Shown in pieces: positions 49,688 to 61,910 of a stretch of DNA of 64,000 bases. The notes below the pieces were generated by a model. The model was not told the origin of the DNA. It saw only the letters and a program-made list of their open reading frames with translations, and made no database searches. The position numbers and the translations under genes were made by a program. The DNA comes from Candidatus Latescibacterota bacterium (GTDB taxonomy: Bacteria; Latescibacterota; UBA2968; UBA8231), in the NCBI GenBank assembly GCA_965261395.1, contig OZ253462.1, forward strand, positions 5,504,001-5,568,000. Direction: 5' to 3'. The number at the start of each line of letters is the position of its first letter. The stretch's first letter is position 1.

Positions 49688-50776
49688 ATGACCGACGCGC
49701 GCCCGCTGATCCTCGACAGCCACCTCGATCTAGCCTTCTCCGCCCTGCAAATCAACCGCGACCTAACGCAAAAGGCGGCCACCGTGCGCGTCCACGACTC
49801 GGTGCAGACTATGGAGGGCTTCGGCTCCTGCACGGTGACCTTCCCCGAGCTGCGCCGCGGCAAGGTCGGCCTCTTCTGCGGCACGGTGATGTCGCGCCTA
49901 GACCAAGGCGACCGCTGGACCCGCACCGGCATGTACTGCCAAGCCCAGTGCCACGGCGTCGGCCGTGGACATTTGGCGTACTATCAAGCACTCGAACGCG
50001 CGGGTTTGCTCCGCTTCGTCAAAAGCATCGCGGATCTAGACGAAACCATCGCCGCCTGGCAAAACCCCGACCCAACGACCCCCTTCGGCCTGATCCTCGC
50101 CATGGAGAGCGCCGACCCCATTTTAGGCCCCGACCAAGTGCCCGAGTGGCGCGAACTCGGCTTGCGCCTAGTGTCGATCTCGCATTACGGCACCAGCACC
50201 TACTCGCACGGCACCGGTACCGAAGGCGGACTGTTGCCGCCGGCCAAACCCCTGCTCGACGCGCTCCAAGCGGCCGGCATCATCATCGACTTGACCCACC
50301 TGACCGATCAAGCCCACTGGGAGCTTTTGGACGCGTACGACGGCCCGGTCTGCGCTTCGCACCACAATTGTCGCGCCCTCACCCCCGGCCAGCGCCAGCT
50401 CACCGACGAAATGATCTGCTCCATCGCCGAGCGCGATGGGGTCATCGGCACAGCTTTCGACGCCTGGATGCTCGACCCAGGCTGGCAGCGCAAAGTCCCC
50501 GCCTTTGAACAACTGACCAGCGCTACCTTGGAAACCATCGCCGACCACATCGACCACATCTGCCAGCTTTTGGGCACTTCGCGCCACTGCGGCATTGGCA
50601 CCGACCTCGACGGCGGCTTCGGCACCGAGCAAGCCCCGCGAGACCTCAACACCATCGCCGACCTGCAAAAACTCCAGCCCATCCTCGCGCACCGCGGCTA
50701 CTCCCCAGCAGACATCGCCGGCATTTTCTCTGACAACTGGATACGGCTCTTCAAGGACGTGTGGAGCCATCCGTAG
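49688..50776 (+). CDS. Membrane dipeptidase (peptidase M19) family, tandem paralog
   Basis: DSHLD, MESAD, DLTH, ASH and IGTDLDGG motifs. Confidence 0.9.
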   Translation: MTDARPLILDSHLDLAFSALQINRDLTQKAATVRVHDSVQTMEGFGSCTVTFPELRRGKVGLFCGTVMSRLDQGDRWTRTGMYCQAQCHGVGRGHLAYYQALERAGLLRFVKSIADLDETIAAWQNPDPTTPFGLILAMESADPILGPDQVPEWRELGLRLVSISHYGTSTYSHGTGTEGGLLPPAKPLLDALQAAGIIIDLTHLTDQAHWELLDAYDGPVCASHHNCRALTPGQRQLTDEMICSIAERDGVIGTAFDAWMLDPGWQRKVPAFEQLTSATLETIADHIDHICQLLGTSRHCGIGTDLDGGFGTEQAPRDLNTIADLQKLQPILAHRGYSPADIAGIFSDNWIRLFKDVWSHP

Positions 50777-50800
50777 GGGCGACCGGCCGGTCGCCCCTAC
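50773..50800. repeat. GTAG-type REP-like perfect palindrome
   Basis: GTAGGGGCGACCGGCCGGTCGCCCCTAC is a 28-bp perfect palindrome with GTAG/CTAC ends. Confidence 0.75.
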
Positions 50801-50981
50801 ATCGCCTAAATCGGCCCGAATCGACATTGTGTTTCATCTCATTTACAATTTCACACCCATTTAACCCACAAAATCGCCCCAATTTCAAATTCCGCCTTGC
50901 TTTTATTGCACAAATATTCGATACTTTTCGTTTTAGATAAACATAATTAACTCAAACTATCCATCTCAGGGAGAAATTGAC

Positions 50982-52700
50982 ATGGCGAGAGGAGCCGACA
51001 AAGTCATCGAAGCACTCGACCGCTTCGGCGTCGAGTACGTCTTCGGCCATCCGGGCGGCGCGGCCATGCCCATCTTCGACGCGCTGCTCAACTCCGAGCA
51101 GATCCGCTTCGTCCTCACCCGACACGAGCAAGGCGCGACCCACATGGCCGACGGCTACGCCCGCGCCACCGGCAAGCCCGGCGTCGTCCTCGTAACCTCC
51201 GGCCCTGGAGCTACCAACACCATCACCGGCTTGCTAACCGCGCTGATGGATTCCTCGCCCGTCATCGCCCTCACCGGCCAAACCGTCACTCCGATGCTCG
51301 GCAAAGACGCCTTTCAGGAGGCCGATGTCTTCGGCATCTCCATGCCGGTAGTCAAGCATTCCTATCTAGTGAGAGACCCCAACGACATCCCCCGCGTGAT
51401 GACCGAGGCATTCCACATCGCCACCACCGGTCGCCAAGGACCGGTGCTCGTCGATCTACCGAAGGACGTCACCCAAGGCGACCCCTTCCCCGAATGCACC
51501 GCCGACTTTCCAGAGAAGGTGTACTTGCCTGGTTACACTTGGCAGACCAAGCCCTCTCTCGAACTGCTCGAAGAAGCCGCCACCCTCCTGCGCCAGAGCA
51601 AGCGTCCCCTGCTCTACTTGGGCGGCGGCTGCATTGCCTCGGGCGCTCACGAGGCGGCTAAGGCCTTTGCCGAAAAGACGCGGATGCCGGTGACCAACAC
51701 CCTGCTCGGCAAGGGGGCGTTTCCCGAACAGCACGCGCTCTCGGTAGGTATGCTCGGCATGCACGGCACCGCCTACGCCAACAAGGCCGTCGTCGACTGC
51801 GACCTGATTATGTCGGTGGGTGGGCGCTGGGACGACCGGATTACTGGCAAGCTCGCGGAATTCTGCCCGGACGCTAAAAAGATCCACATCGACATTGACC
51901 CAGCCGAATACGGCAAAGTGGTCATGCCCGACGTTTTTATCGAGGGTGATGCGCGCCAAGTGCTCGAAGAGCTAATCAACCACGTCGAGCCGATTGACAC
52001 GACATCCTGGCTGGCTCAAATCGACGAGTGGAAGGAGAAATACCCGCTCAAATACGGCAAGCGTGGCGGCCTCAAGATGCAGGCAATCATCGACCGTATG
52101 TACGAGCTAACCGCCGGCCGCGCCGTGGTGACCACCGATGTCGGCCAGCACCAGATGTGGGCGGCCCAGTTCTACAGGACAGCCCACCACCGCCAGTGGC
52201 TATCTTCCGGCGGTGCTGGCACCATGGGCTTTGGCTTCCCCGCGGCTGTCGGTGCCCAGTTTGGCCGCCCCGAAGAGACTGTGGTCGCCATCTGCGGCGA
52301 CGGCGGCTTCCAGATGACCCTGTGCGAACTGGCCACCGCCGTCATCCATCGGCTGCCGATTAAGATCCTAGTTCTCGACAACAAGTACCTGGGGATGGTC
52401 CGCCAGTGGCAGAACCTCTTTTTTGACAATCGGCTCTCCGGCGTCGATCTAGAGGGCAACCCTGACTTCGTCAAGCTCGCCGAGTCCTACGGGGCCAAAG
52501 GCCTCCGCATCAGGCGTACCGCCGACATCGACAAGGTCCTCAAGCAGGCCCTCGCCTATGACGAAGGTCCCTGCGTCATCCACGCCGAGTGCGAAAAAGA
52601 AGACAACGTCTTCCCGATGATCCCCGCCGGGGCCGCGCTCACTGACATGCTGGTCGAGGCCCCCAAGCAGAAATTGGCCCAACCCAAAGGGAGCACCTAA
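50982..52700 (+). CDS. ilvB: Acetolactate synthase large subunit
   Basis: RHEQGA.HMADGYAR.TG, TSGPGATN, DVGQHQMW and GDGGFQM TPP motif. Confidence 0.95.
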   Translation: MARGADKVIEALDRFGVEYVFGHPGGAAMPIFDALLNSEQIRFVLTRHEQGATHMADGYARATGKPGVVLVTSGPGATNTITGLLTALMDSSPVIALTGQTVTPMLGKDAFQEADVFGISMPVVKHSYLVRDPNDIPRVMTEAFHIATTGRQGPVLVDLPKDVTQGDPFPECTADFPEKVYLPGYTWQTKPSLELLEEAATLLRQSKRPLLYLGGGCIASGAHEAAKAFAEKTRMPVTNTLLGKGAFPEQHALSVGMLGMHGTAYANKAVVDCDLIMSVGGRWDDRITGKLAEFCPDAKKIHIDIDPAEYGKVVMPDVFIEGDARQVLEELINHVEPIDTTSWLAQIDEWKEKYPLKYGKRGGLKMQAIIDRMYELTAGRAVVTTDVGQHQMWAAQFYRTAHHRQWLSSGGAGTMGFGFPAAVGAQFGRPEETVVAICGDGGFQMTLCELATAVIHRLPIKILVLDNKYLGMVRQWQNLFFDNRLSGVDLEGNPDFVKLAESYGAKGLRIRRTADIDKVLKQALAYDEGPCVIHAECEKEDNVFPMIPAGAALTDMLVEAPKQKLAQPKGST

Positions 52701-53278
52701 TGTCCACCGCTGCCATCCACTTTGCCGCCGCAGACCTCAATGCCCGCCAAGAGGCTGTGGACGCGCCACAGCTCAAACCGACCGAACCCCAACAAAAGAC
52801 CACCATCGGCCTGTTGGTCAACGACCGCCCCGGTGTGCTGGTGAGGATTGCCCAGTGCTTTGCTCGCCGCGCCTACAATATCGAAAACCTAGTCGTCTCG
52901 CCGGCCCATATCCCCCAGTGCTCGCGCATGACCATCACCAGCATCGGTCCCGCCGCCGAGCTGGACCAAATAATCTTACAACTCAACAAGCTAGTCGACG
53001 TCATCCACGCCAAGGACCACTCGACCGACGATGCCATCACCCGCGAGTTGGCTCTCTTCAAGGTCGGCTGCTCGGTCGCCGAGCGCACCGAGATCTTGCA
53101 GATCGCCGAGGTTTTCCGCAGCAAGACGGTCGATATCTCGGAGTCCACCATCACCATCGAGGCCACCGGCACCACCGAGAAGATGGACGCGCTCGAATCG
53201 CTCTTGAGCAAATTTGACCTCAAGGAGATGGTTCGCACTGGCAAGGTGGTCATGGCTCGCGGCAACGAGCCGACATAA
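52700..53278 (+). CDS. ilvN: Acetolactate synthase small regulatory subunit
   Basis: ACT domain ND.PGVL.RI...F.RR.YNI; QLNKLVDV; EMVRTG. Confidence 0.93.
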   Translation: MSTAAIHFAAADLNARQEAVDAPQLKPTEPQQKTTIGLLVNDRPGVLVRIAQCFARRAYNIENLVVSPAHIPQCSRMTITSIGPAAELDQIILQLNKLVDVIHAKDHSTDDAITRELALFKVGCSVAERTEILQIAEVFRSKTVDISESTITIEATGTTEKMDALESLLSKFDLKEMVRTGKVVMARGNEPT

Positions 53279-53309
53279 AAAAAGGGGACGGGCATCGCCC
53301 GTCCCCCTT
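53277..53309 (-). terminator. Intrinsic terminator between convergent ilvN and TBDR
   Basis: GGGGACGGGC-ATC-GCCCGTCCCC stem with A7 on the plus strand (U7 tail on minus). Confidence 0.8.
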
Positions 53310-53328
53310 CTGCCTGCTGTATCCTCCC

Positions 53329-56205
53329 TTAAAACGCCACGCCCAATTGCCCAAAGACCAAGCGGCCGATCTCCGGTGCCCCAATAAAGGCGCGGTGCTT
53401 GGTGTCGAGCGCGTTGGAAACATCCACCCCAAGCCGCAGGTTGCTTCCGAACGGCAGCAGACAACTGGCGTTCAAATCGAGCAGCGAGTACGCGTCCACA
53501 TCCCCGACGAACACGCCCGACTCCTGGCGAAACGCTCCCACGTAGCGCCACTGAGCCCCTAGGGTTAGTTGCGGTTGGTCGAGGGTATAAGACGTGCCTA
53601 GCTTGTATTTGTTGCCCGGCGCGTTGAGCGCTATGTCGGCGATTCCATCGACTTTCTCAAATAAAGTATTATCGACGTAAGAGTAGCTGCCCGTCAGCGA
53701 CCATTGGTCGCTGGGGAAATAGGCCAAGTTCACATCCAGCCCATTAAGGGATATCTCGCCGAAGTTGCGAACGGTCAACATCACCGCCGTTGGGTCGTAG
53801 GCTTGCTCCGGCGTAACCGTGCCAAAAGGTATGCTCGCGGCCCCGCCGGCAAACAAAGTGACAATTTCATCCACCGGCGAGCCATTGCCGTTGCCAGATA
53901 AGGTGCCCGGTACCTGCATCTTGTCGAGCGGGGCGACCGCCGCGGCCAACTCTGCATTCTCGGCCAGCGCCTCGCCAATGCTAGCACCTAGCGCCGCTCC
54001 GAGGCTAGCCGGGTCGAGGAAGACATTGGGCGTCTGTACCTGAATCGGAGAGACAAAATCCTTTATCCGAGTGTGATACAGGTCGGCCGCCACCACCAGC
54101 CTCTCGCCGATCACCCCCTTGTAGCCCAGTTCAAAGGTCTCGGTAGTGGTCGAGCGGGTCAGCGGCACGTCGAAAACATCGGCTACCGGATCAAAGGGTG
54201 CCGAATCGCCAGCAGCCACCTTTTCGAGGTTGAGCATGAGCAGGGCGTTGTCCAACCCCGTCAGTTGTGCGGGCACCAGCGCATCTAACCCTCCCAATAG
54301 CTGCTGGGCGGCAGCCTCCGCCGTTGCTTGGTCTAGCTCTTGCAGCACCCCTATTTGGGTCGTCGCTAGTCCCATAAAAAGCGGAGTATTGAGCCTGCTC
54401 AACACTCCGCTGCGGCCCAGCCCCCACATCACATTGGTAAAGACCGGATCTCCCAAATCGATGAAGTCGGCCGGAGCCATCCCCGCCACCACCGGCGCAA
54501 AGGGCGAGCGGAACTGCGGCCGGCCATTGCCCGAGCGAGCAAAGGTCCAGCCGCCGCCCATATCCTCGCGATAGGTCCCCTGCGCCCGCACGTCAATAGC
54601 CGGCGCAAACCCCAGCGACGGCGCAAAGGCTGCGCCAATGCCGAAGGCATCCTGGCTGGAGCGGATGTCCAAATAGAGGTTGTTGCTCGACGGGGTCGCA
54701 AAGGCGTGGTTGTACGTCAGCCGCAGGATCTGGGTCTCCTTCGGCTTAAAGACCAGCCCGACGCGCGGCGAGATTTCGCCTTCGGGAATGCGATTGTGGT
54801 CGTCGTAGCGCAGGGCCACCACCAAGTCGAGCATCTCGTTCAGGGCCGTCTCGCTCTGCACGTAAGCCCCGAATTCATTGGTCTGATCGTAGTCTTCGTT
54901 CCCGCCGGTGATGGTCCCCTCAGTATCGGGCCGCGTCAGCAGCACATCGGCCCCGTAGGTAAAGCGCTGCCGAACCCCCAACACCGCGGAGTGCTGGACC
55001 TGGAACGCGGTCAGCTTAGATTTATCGACGACCGACTGGCCATCGCGCAGGGTAAAGGTTTCGCCGGCGTCGCTCCCGTTCTGGAAGACCTGGGCGAACC
55101 AACTCTTGTACAGCAGGCGAAGCTGGACGTAATTGTACACCCAGTCCTGGGCCTGGCCAGCCCCTAAGCCGGTCAATTCGATTTGGTTACCCTTGTTGTA
55201 GCCAGCCGCCAAAATGGCCGTCAACTCGTCCGTGGCCCGGTAATCCAAGCGCGCTTCGGTGCTCTGACGCTCAATGTCAAAACTGCGCGGTTTGATGGCT
55301 GGATTGGCGGCCCTAGCCCGCACCTCTTCCGGGTCTTCGTATTCCCAGTCCATCCCCGTATAGTGCTGGGCCGAAACCTTGTAGCCGAGGCGGTCGCCAG
55401 CAGCCCCGGCGTGGCGCACGGACACTTGGCGCACGCTGCGCTCGCCCAACCCCACTTGCGCACTGGTCCCCGCCGAATTGAACGGCGAACGGGTGATGAT
55501 GTGCATCACGCCGTTGGCGCTATTGGGTCCGTAGAGTGCCGACCCCGGCCCCAACACCACCTCGATGCGCTCGATATCGTCGTTGGTCACCGGAATGAAG
55601 TTGTAGGCATTCAAGCGCAGCGAGGGGACGCGGGCGATGCGATTATCGGTCAGCGTCAGCAGTGCGCCCGAAAACACATTGTTGAAGCCCCGCACAACCA
55701 CATTGCTCTGCGCCAAGCCGGTCTGGGAAAAGTCCACCCCCGGCAAGTCGCGGACGTGCTCGACGACGCTGAGTGCCGGCCGATTGCGAATCTCATGGGC
55801 CTCGACCACCGCCACCGAGGCCGGAGCTTCGAGGACTTTTTCCTGCCGCCGCGAGGCCGAGACTACGTTCTGGTCGAGGAAGATGATCCCCGTCTCCAAC
55901 GTCAGCATCAGCTCCTGCTCACCGCCGACGATGCCAACGCCTTCTCGCATCAGGGACCGATAGCCAATATGCGTGACGCTGAGCTGATACTCGCCGGCCG
56001 GCAGCCCCTCTAAGCGGAAGCGACCGTCTTCGCCGGTAGCCGTGCCTATCTTGCCGCCCGGCAGCAGGTCGCCGATGAGAACGATGTTGGCACCGGGGAT
56101 GGATTCGCCTTCCGGCCCCTTCACGACACCGGAAAGCGTTCCCTCTGCACCGAAGGCGACGCCCGCCCACAGCACGAAGGCGTATAAAAGCGATTTGTAC
56201 TTCAT
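53329..56205 (-). CDS. TonB-dependent receptor with N-terminal carboxypeptidase-regulatory-like domain
   Basis: Signal peptide; VVSASR...EAPASV plug; IERIEVVLGPGSALYG.N...GV; terminal Phe. Confidence 0.93.
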   Translation of the reverse strand: MKYKSLLYAFVLWAGVAFGAEGTLSGVVKGPEGESIPGANIVLIGDLLPGGKIGTATGEDGRFRLEGLPAGEYQLSVTHIGYRSLMREGVGIVGGEQELMLTLETGIIFLDQNVVSASRRQEKVLEAPASVAVVEAHEIRNRPALSVVEHVRDLPGVDFSQTGLAQSNVVVRGFNNVFSGALLTLTDNRIARVPSLRLNAYNFIPVTNDDIERIEVVLGPGSALYGPNSANGVMHIITRSPFNSAGTSAQVGLGERSVRQVSVRHAGAAGDRLGYKVSAQHYTGMDWEYEDPEEVRARAANPAIKPRSFDIERQSTEARLDYRATDELTAILAAGYNKGNQIELTGLGAGQAQDWVYNYVQLRLLYKSWFAQVFQNGSDAGETFTLRDGQSVVDKSKLTAFQVQHSAVLGVRQRFTYGADVLLTRPDTEGTITGGNEDYDQTNEFGAYVQSETALNEMLDLVVALRYDDHNRIPEGEISPRVGLVFKPKETQILRLTYNHAFATPSSNNLYLDIRSSQDAFGIGAAFAPSLGFAPAIDVRAQGTYREDMGGGWTFARSGNGRPQFRSPFAPVVAGMAPADFIDLGDPVFTNVMWGLGRSGVLSRLNTPLFMGLATTQIGVLQELDQATAEAAAQQLLGGLDALVPAQLTGLDNALLMLNLEKVAAGDSAPFDPVADVFDVPLTRSTTTETFELGYKGVIGERLVVAADLYHTRIKDFVSPIQVQTPNVFLDPASLGAALGASIGEALAENAELAAAVAPLDKMQVPGTLSGNGNGSPVDEIVTLFAGGAASIPFGTVTPEQAYDPTAVMLTVRNFGEISLNGLDVNLAYFPSDQWSLTGSYSYVDNTLFEKVDGIADIALNAPGNKYKLGTSYTLDQPQLTLGAQWRYVGAFRQESGVFVGDVDAYSLLDLNASCLLPFGSNLRLGVDVSNALDTKHRAFIGAPEIGRLVFGQLGVAF

Positions 56206-56423
56206 AAACTAGCTCCTTATTTTTGGCCAAAATCTATCCTCAAGCACTTGATCCCGCTACCCCCGCGACCCAATAAGTAATCTCACAGCGCATTGCCGCG
56301 CAAAGGCAAAATCGATTCTTCAGGAATCTCGTCGCGTAGCAGTAGCGCGCTCTATTGATTCCCCACGTCTCCATTGCGTAGTTTCTCAGTCTTAACTCAC
56401 CTACGCTATCGGAGATTTATTCC

Positions 56424-57443
56424 ATGCCGGACCAACTCAAGCTCGCCTTTATTGGCTGCGGTGCCATCGCTCGCTTTCACCTCGATGGCATCAAGGGCCA
56501 CGCTCCCCGCATCGATGTCACCGCGTTAGTCGATCTCGACGAATCTAAAGCCCAAACCTACGCCGCTGAAACCGGCGGGCAGGCCTTCACTTCGCTCGAC
56601 GAAGCGCTCGCAAAGGGCGACTTCGACGCCGTGGACATCATGCTACCCCACGACCTGCACGAACCCATCGCCCTCCAGTGCCTCGCCGCCGGCAAGCACG
56701 TACTGTTGGAAAAGCCCATGGCCCCCACCCTCGATGCCTGCGACCGCATTCTCGCCGCCGCGCGCGAAGCTCCAAGCGTCTTCATGGTCGCCGAAAACAG
56801 CCAGTACTGGCCCGAAATTGTCGAAGCCCAAAAGCTCCTTACAGCCGGAGCCATCGGCGAGATCATCACCGCTCGCGCGGCCTTTGTCTATCCTTTTGAC
56901 GACTACTGGTTCAAAGAGGAGCGGCCCTGGCGCTACGAAAAGGGACGCACCGGCGGCGGCATCGCCATCGACGGTGGCTCGCACTGGATTCGGCCCCTGC
57001 GCATGTGGATGGGCGAAATCAAAGAAGTAGTCGGCGTGCTGGGGTACCCGCTGGCGCAAATGGAGGGCGAGTCCCTCGCCCGCGCGCTTTTCCGCTTTGA
57101 CTCGGGCAAGACCGCCATCTTCGACGCCATGATGATCGACACGGTCTTTGCCCCGGATCCCTGGTGGCGTATCACCGGCACCAAAGGCGAGCTGACCATC
57201 AACGCCGGACTCGACGGCGCCGAACTCTGGCTGTGGGACGCAGACCATCCCAAAGGCAAGCGGCTTTTTGCGAGCCCAGGCTACACCGAGTCCTTTGGGC
57301 CAGAGCTGGCCGATTTTGCCGCCGCCATCCTCGACGGCAAGGTCCCGGACGCGCCGCCGGAACACGCGCTCGGCGAGCTGCGCACGGCCTTGGCCCTCTA
57401 TCGCTCGGCCACCAGCCAGCGGTGGGAGCAGGTGTGGGCGTAA
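56424..57443 (+). CDS. Gfo/Idh/MocA family oxidoreductase
   Basis: IGCGAIA, GKHVLLEKP and D.GSH motifs. Confidence 0.92.
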   Translation: MPDQLKLAFIGCGAIARFHLDGIKGHAPRIDVTALVDLDESKAQTYAAETGGQAFTSLDEALAKGDFDAVDIMLPHDLHEPIALQCLAAGKHVLLEKPMAPTLDACDRILAAAREAPSVFMVAENSQYWPEIVEAQKLLTAGAIGEIITARAAFVYPFDDYWFKEERPWRYEKGRTGGGIAIDGGSHWIRPLRMWMGEIKEVVGVLGYPLAQMEGESLARALFRFDSGKTAIFDAMMIDTVFAPDPWWRITGTKGELTINAGLDGAELWLWDADHPKGKRLFASPGYTESFGPELADFAAAILDGKVPDAPPEHALGELRTALALYRSATSQRWEQVWA

Positions 57444-57637
57444 TGCTTGCACGAACCTCTCCTTTGGGATACATTCAGCCCTTTCAGCCCTGCGAGGCCG
57501 TTCCTCGACGCACCGAGCATGTTCGACCCTTGACCTTCCCAACATCTAAATGCGCCCCCCTTCCAATCTCAGCGGCAAAGGCTGTCAAGGCCGAGATGCC
57601 CTCTCGATTCAAAACGCATTCATAGAATAGGAAAGAA

Positions 57638-60268
<2,631 letters not shown>

Positions 60269-60277
60269 GCTTCTGCC

Positions 60278-61045
60278 ATGAGCCGGGTCATCGCCATATC
60301 CAACCAAAAAGGGGGGGTCGGCAAGACTACTACAGCCGTCAACTTGGCAGCCAGCCTCGCCGTGGCCGAGCAAAAGACCCTGCTCATCGACATGGATCCG
60401 CAGGCCAACGCCACTTCGGGCTGCGGCTTTCAAAACAGCAAGGAAGTCGCAGCGGCCAATATCTACCACGCACTGATCGGGCAACAGGAGACCGCCGAGG
60501 TCACCTACGAGACCAAGATATCCTTCCTGTCCTTGATTCCCTCGCATATCAACCTGACGGGCGCCGAGGTCGAGCTGGTCAACATGATCGCCCGCGAGCA
60601 GAAATTAGACGGGCTGCTCGGCCAAGTCCGCGACCAATACGCCTATATAATTCTCGACTGTCCGCCTTCTTTGGGGTTGCTGACCATCAACGCCCTGACC
60701 GCGGCCGACTCGGTGATGATACCCATTCAGTGCGAGTACTACGCGCTAGAGGGCCTCGGCCGGCTGCTCAACACCGTGCGCCAAATCCAACGTCACCTCA
60801 ACCCCAAGCTCCAGATCGCCGGCGTCCTGCTCACCATGTACGACGGGCGCTTGAACCTATCGCGCCAAGTGTCTTCAGAGGTCAAGTCCTATTTCGGCAA
60901 CAAGGTTTACAAGACCTCCATCAGCCGCAACGTGCGTCTGGCCGAGGCTCCTAGCCACGGCCAACCCATCGTGCTCTACGACATCTTGTCGCAGGGATCG
61001 CAGGATTACATGAGCCTCGCAGGAGAAGTGATCGACCATGGGTAA
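60278..61045 (+). CDS. parA: Chromosome partitioning ATPase ParA/Soj
   Basis: NQKGGVGKTTT, D.DPQAN, DCPPSLG, QCEYYALEG and RLAEAPSHG motifs. Confidence 0.96.
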   Translation: MSRVIAISNQKGGVGKTTTAVNLAASLAVAEQKTLLIDMDPQANATSGCGFQNSKEVAAANIYHALIGQQETAEVTYETKISFLSLIPSHINLTGAEVELVNMIAREQKLDGLLGQVRDQYAYIILDCPPSLGLLTINALTAADSVMIPIQCEYYALEGLGRLLNTVRQIQRHLNPKLQIAGVLLTMYDGRLNLSRQVSSEVKSYFGNKVYKTSISRNVRLAEAPSHGQPIVLYDILSQGSQDYMSLAGEVIDHG

Positions 61046-61910
61046 GAAGCCGGTCCTCGGCAAGGGCATCGGTGCCCTCATCCCGGAATATGCCGAACCT
61101 AGCGGCCAAGGCGACGCCACGCGCCAGGTCGTCAATCTCAACGTCGATGAGATTGAACCCAACCCCTATCAAACCCGCACCGAGTTCGACGAGGAGAGCA
61201 TCGACGAGTTGATGCACTCGATCCAAGAGAAAGGCGTCATCCAGCCCATCGCCGTCAACCGCATCGGCCAGAGCTACCAGATCATCGCCGGCGAGCGCCG
61301 CTGGCGGGCCACCAAGAAGGCGGGGATCCAAGAAATACCTGCGATCATCCACGAGATCGAGTCTCAGCAAGACTTAATGGAACTGTCGCTGATCGAGAAC
61401 ATCCAGCGCGAAAACCTGACCCCAATCGAAGAGGCCGAAGGCTACCGCTCGCTGACCGACAAGTGCTTCCTCACGCAAGAGGAAGTCGCCCGCAAGGTAG
61501 GGAAAAATCGCTCGACTGTGACCAATCTCCTCAGGCTGTTGCAATTGCCGCACGAAGTCCAAGAGTTCTTGCGCCATGGCCAATTGCAGATGGGGCACGC
61601 CCGCGCCCTACTCGGTCTCGAAGAAGACGAAGACCGGCTCGCGCTGGCCCGCCGAGCGGTCGAGGAAAAAATGGCCGTCCGCGAGGTCGAAAAGGCGGTC
61701 GCCAATCAGCGCGCAGGCCGCAGCAAAAAAAAGGCTTCCAAAGAAGTCCACAGGGACCCCCACATACGCGACTATGAGGAGCGGTTGCAGCACCGCTTCG
61801 GCACGGCGGTCAACATCCGCCGCACAGCGAACAAAGGGTGGATCCAAGTCGAATTCTACAACGATAGCGATCTAGAGCGGCTACTCGACCTGATGATCGA
61901 CAGCGAATGA
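61038..61910 (+). CDS. parB: Chromosome partitioning protein ParB/Spo0J
   Basis: LGKGIGALI, IIAGERRWRA, LIENIQRE.L and HTH GKNRSTVTNLLRLL. Confidence 0.96.
   Translation: MGKKPVLGKGIGALIPEYAEPSGQGDATRQVVNLNVDEIEPNPYQTRTEFDEESIDELMHSIQEKGVIQPIAVNRIGQSYQIIAGERRWRATKKAGIQEIPAIIHEIESQQDLMELSLIENIQRENLTPIEEAEGYRSLTDKCFLTQEEVARKVGKNRSTVTNLLRLLQLPHEVQEFLRHGQLQMGHARALLGLEEDEDRLALARRAVEEKMAVREVEKAVANQRAGRSKKKASKEVHRDPHIRDYEERLQHRFGTAVNIRRTANKGWIQVEFYNDSDLERLLDLMIDSE

Noticed and set aside
50801-50981. ilv leader-peptide attenuator or T-box
   Set aside because: No Ile/Leu/Val-rich leader with a terminator and no T-box motif seen; only AT-rich promoter-like DNA.
56206-56423. Cobalamin/TPP riboswitch or Fur box upstream of the TBDR
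   Set aside because: No recognisable consensus by eye.
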